A DNA stretch of 26,209 nucleotides from Candidatus Hodarchaeum mangrovi (GTDB lineage Archaea; Asgardarchaeota; Heimdallarchaeia; Hodarchaeales; Hodarchaeaceae). Where the stretch lies: the NCBI GenBank assembly GCA_016839515.1, contig JAEOUE010000188.1, positions 1 to 26,209 of the forward strand, in the 5' to 3' direction. A program made the position numbers and the translations under genes. The first letter of the stretch is position 1. Every line of letters starts with the position of its first letter. Positions 26,208 through 26,209 of this stretch are shown here, piece after piece. The notes below the pieces were generated by a model, which was given only the letters and a program-made list of their open reading frames with translations, did not search any database and was not told the origin of the DNA.

Positions 26208-26209
26208 TT

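Noticed and set aside
1-26209. tRNA, rRNA, CRISPR array, IS or integrase
   Set aside because: No cloverleaf-like GC-rich segments, spaced direct repeats or transposase/integrase motifs were seen by eye.

Overview
AT-rich archaeal chromosomal window. RadA, Orc1/Cdc6 and a DRG-type GTPase mark it as archaeal, and the eukaryote-like membrane and Zn-finger proteins suggest an Asgard (Heimdallarchaeia-like) archaeon; that assignment is inference. Gene content in order: a frameshift-split HAD hydrolase, glpK, an NTPase, divergent radA and orc1/cdc6 flanked by long intergenic regions, a CBS+4TM protein coupled to an RGG/2TM/Zn-ribbon/RING-like protein, a glyoxylate reductase, an amidohydrolase, hypE/hypC/hypF, a helical-repeat protein, a long coiled-coil-wHTH protein, MoxR AAA+ and VWA genes, an M48 protease, a P2A Ca2+-ATPase and a truncated DRG GTPase. 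Top observations: (1) a textbook -1 programmed frameshift signal (in-frame A_AAA_AAC, 7-nt spacer, GC-rich hairpin) at the moxR/VWA junction, predicting both a free AAA+ subunit and a ~626-aa AAA+-VWA fusion; (2) a candidate membrane-anchored RING-type E3 ligase with a eukaryotic APD1-4-like architecture and an RGG tail; (3) an EF-hand-like loop in the M48 protease next to the Ca2+ pump; (4) a probable ACG start for hypE. No tRNA, rRNA, CRISPR array or transposase was recognised.
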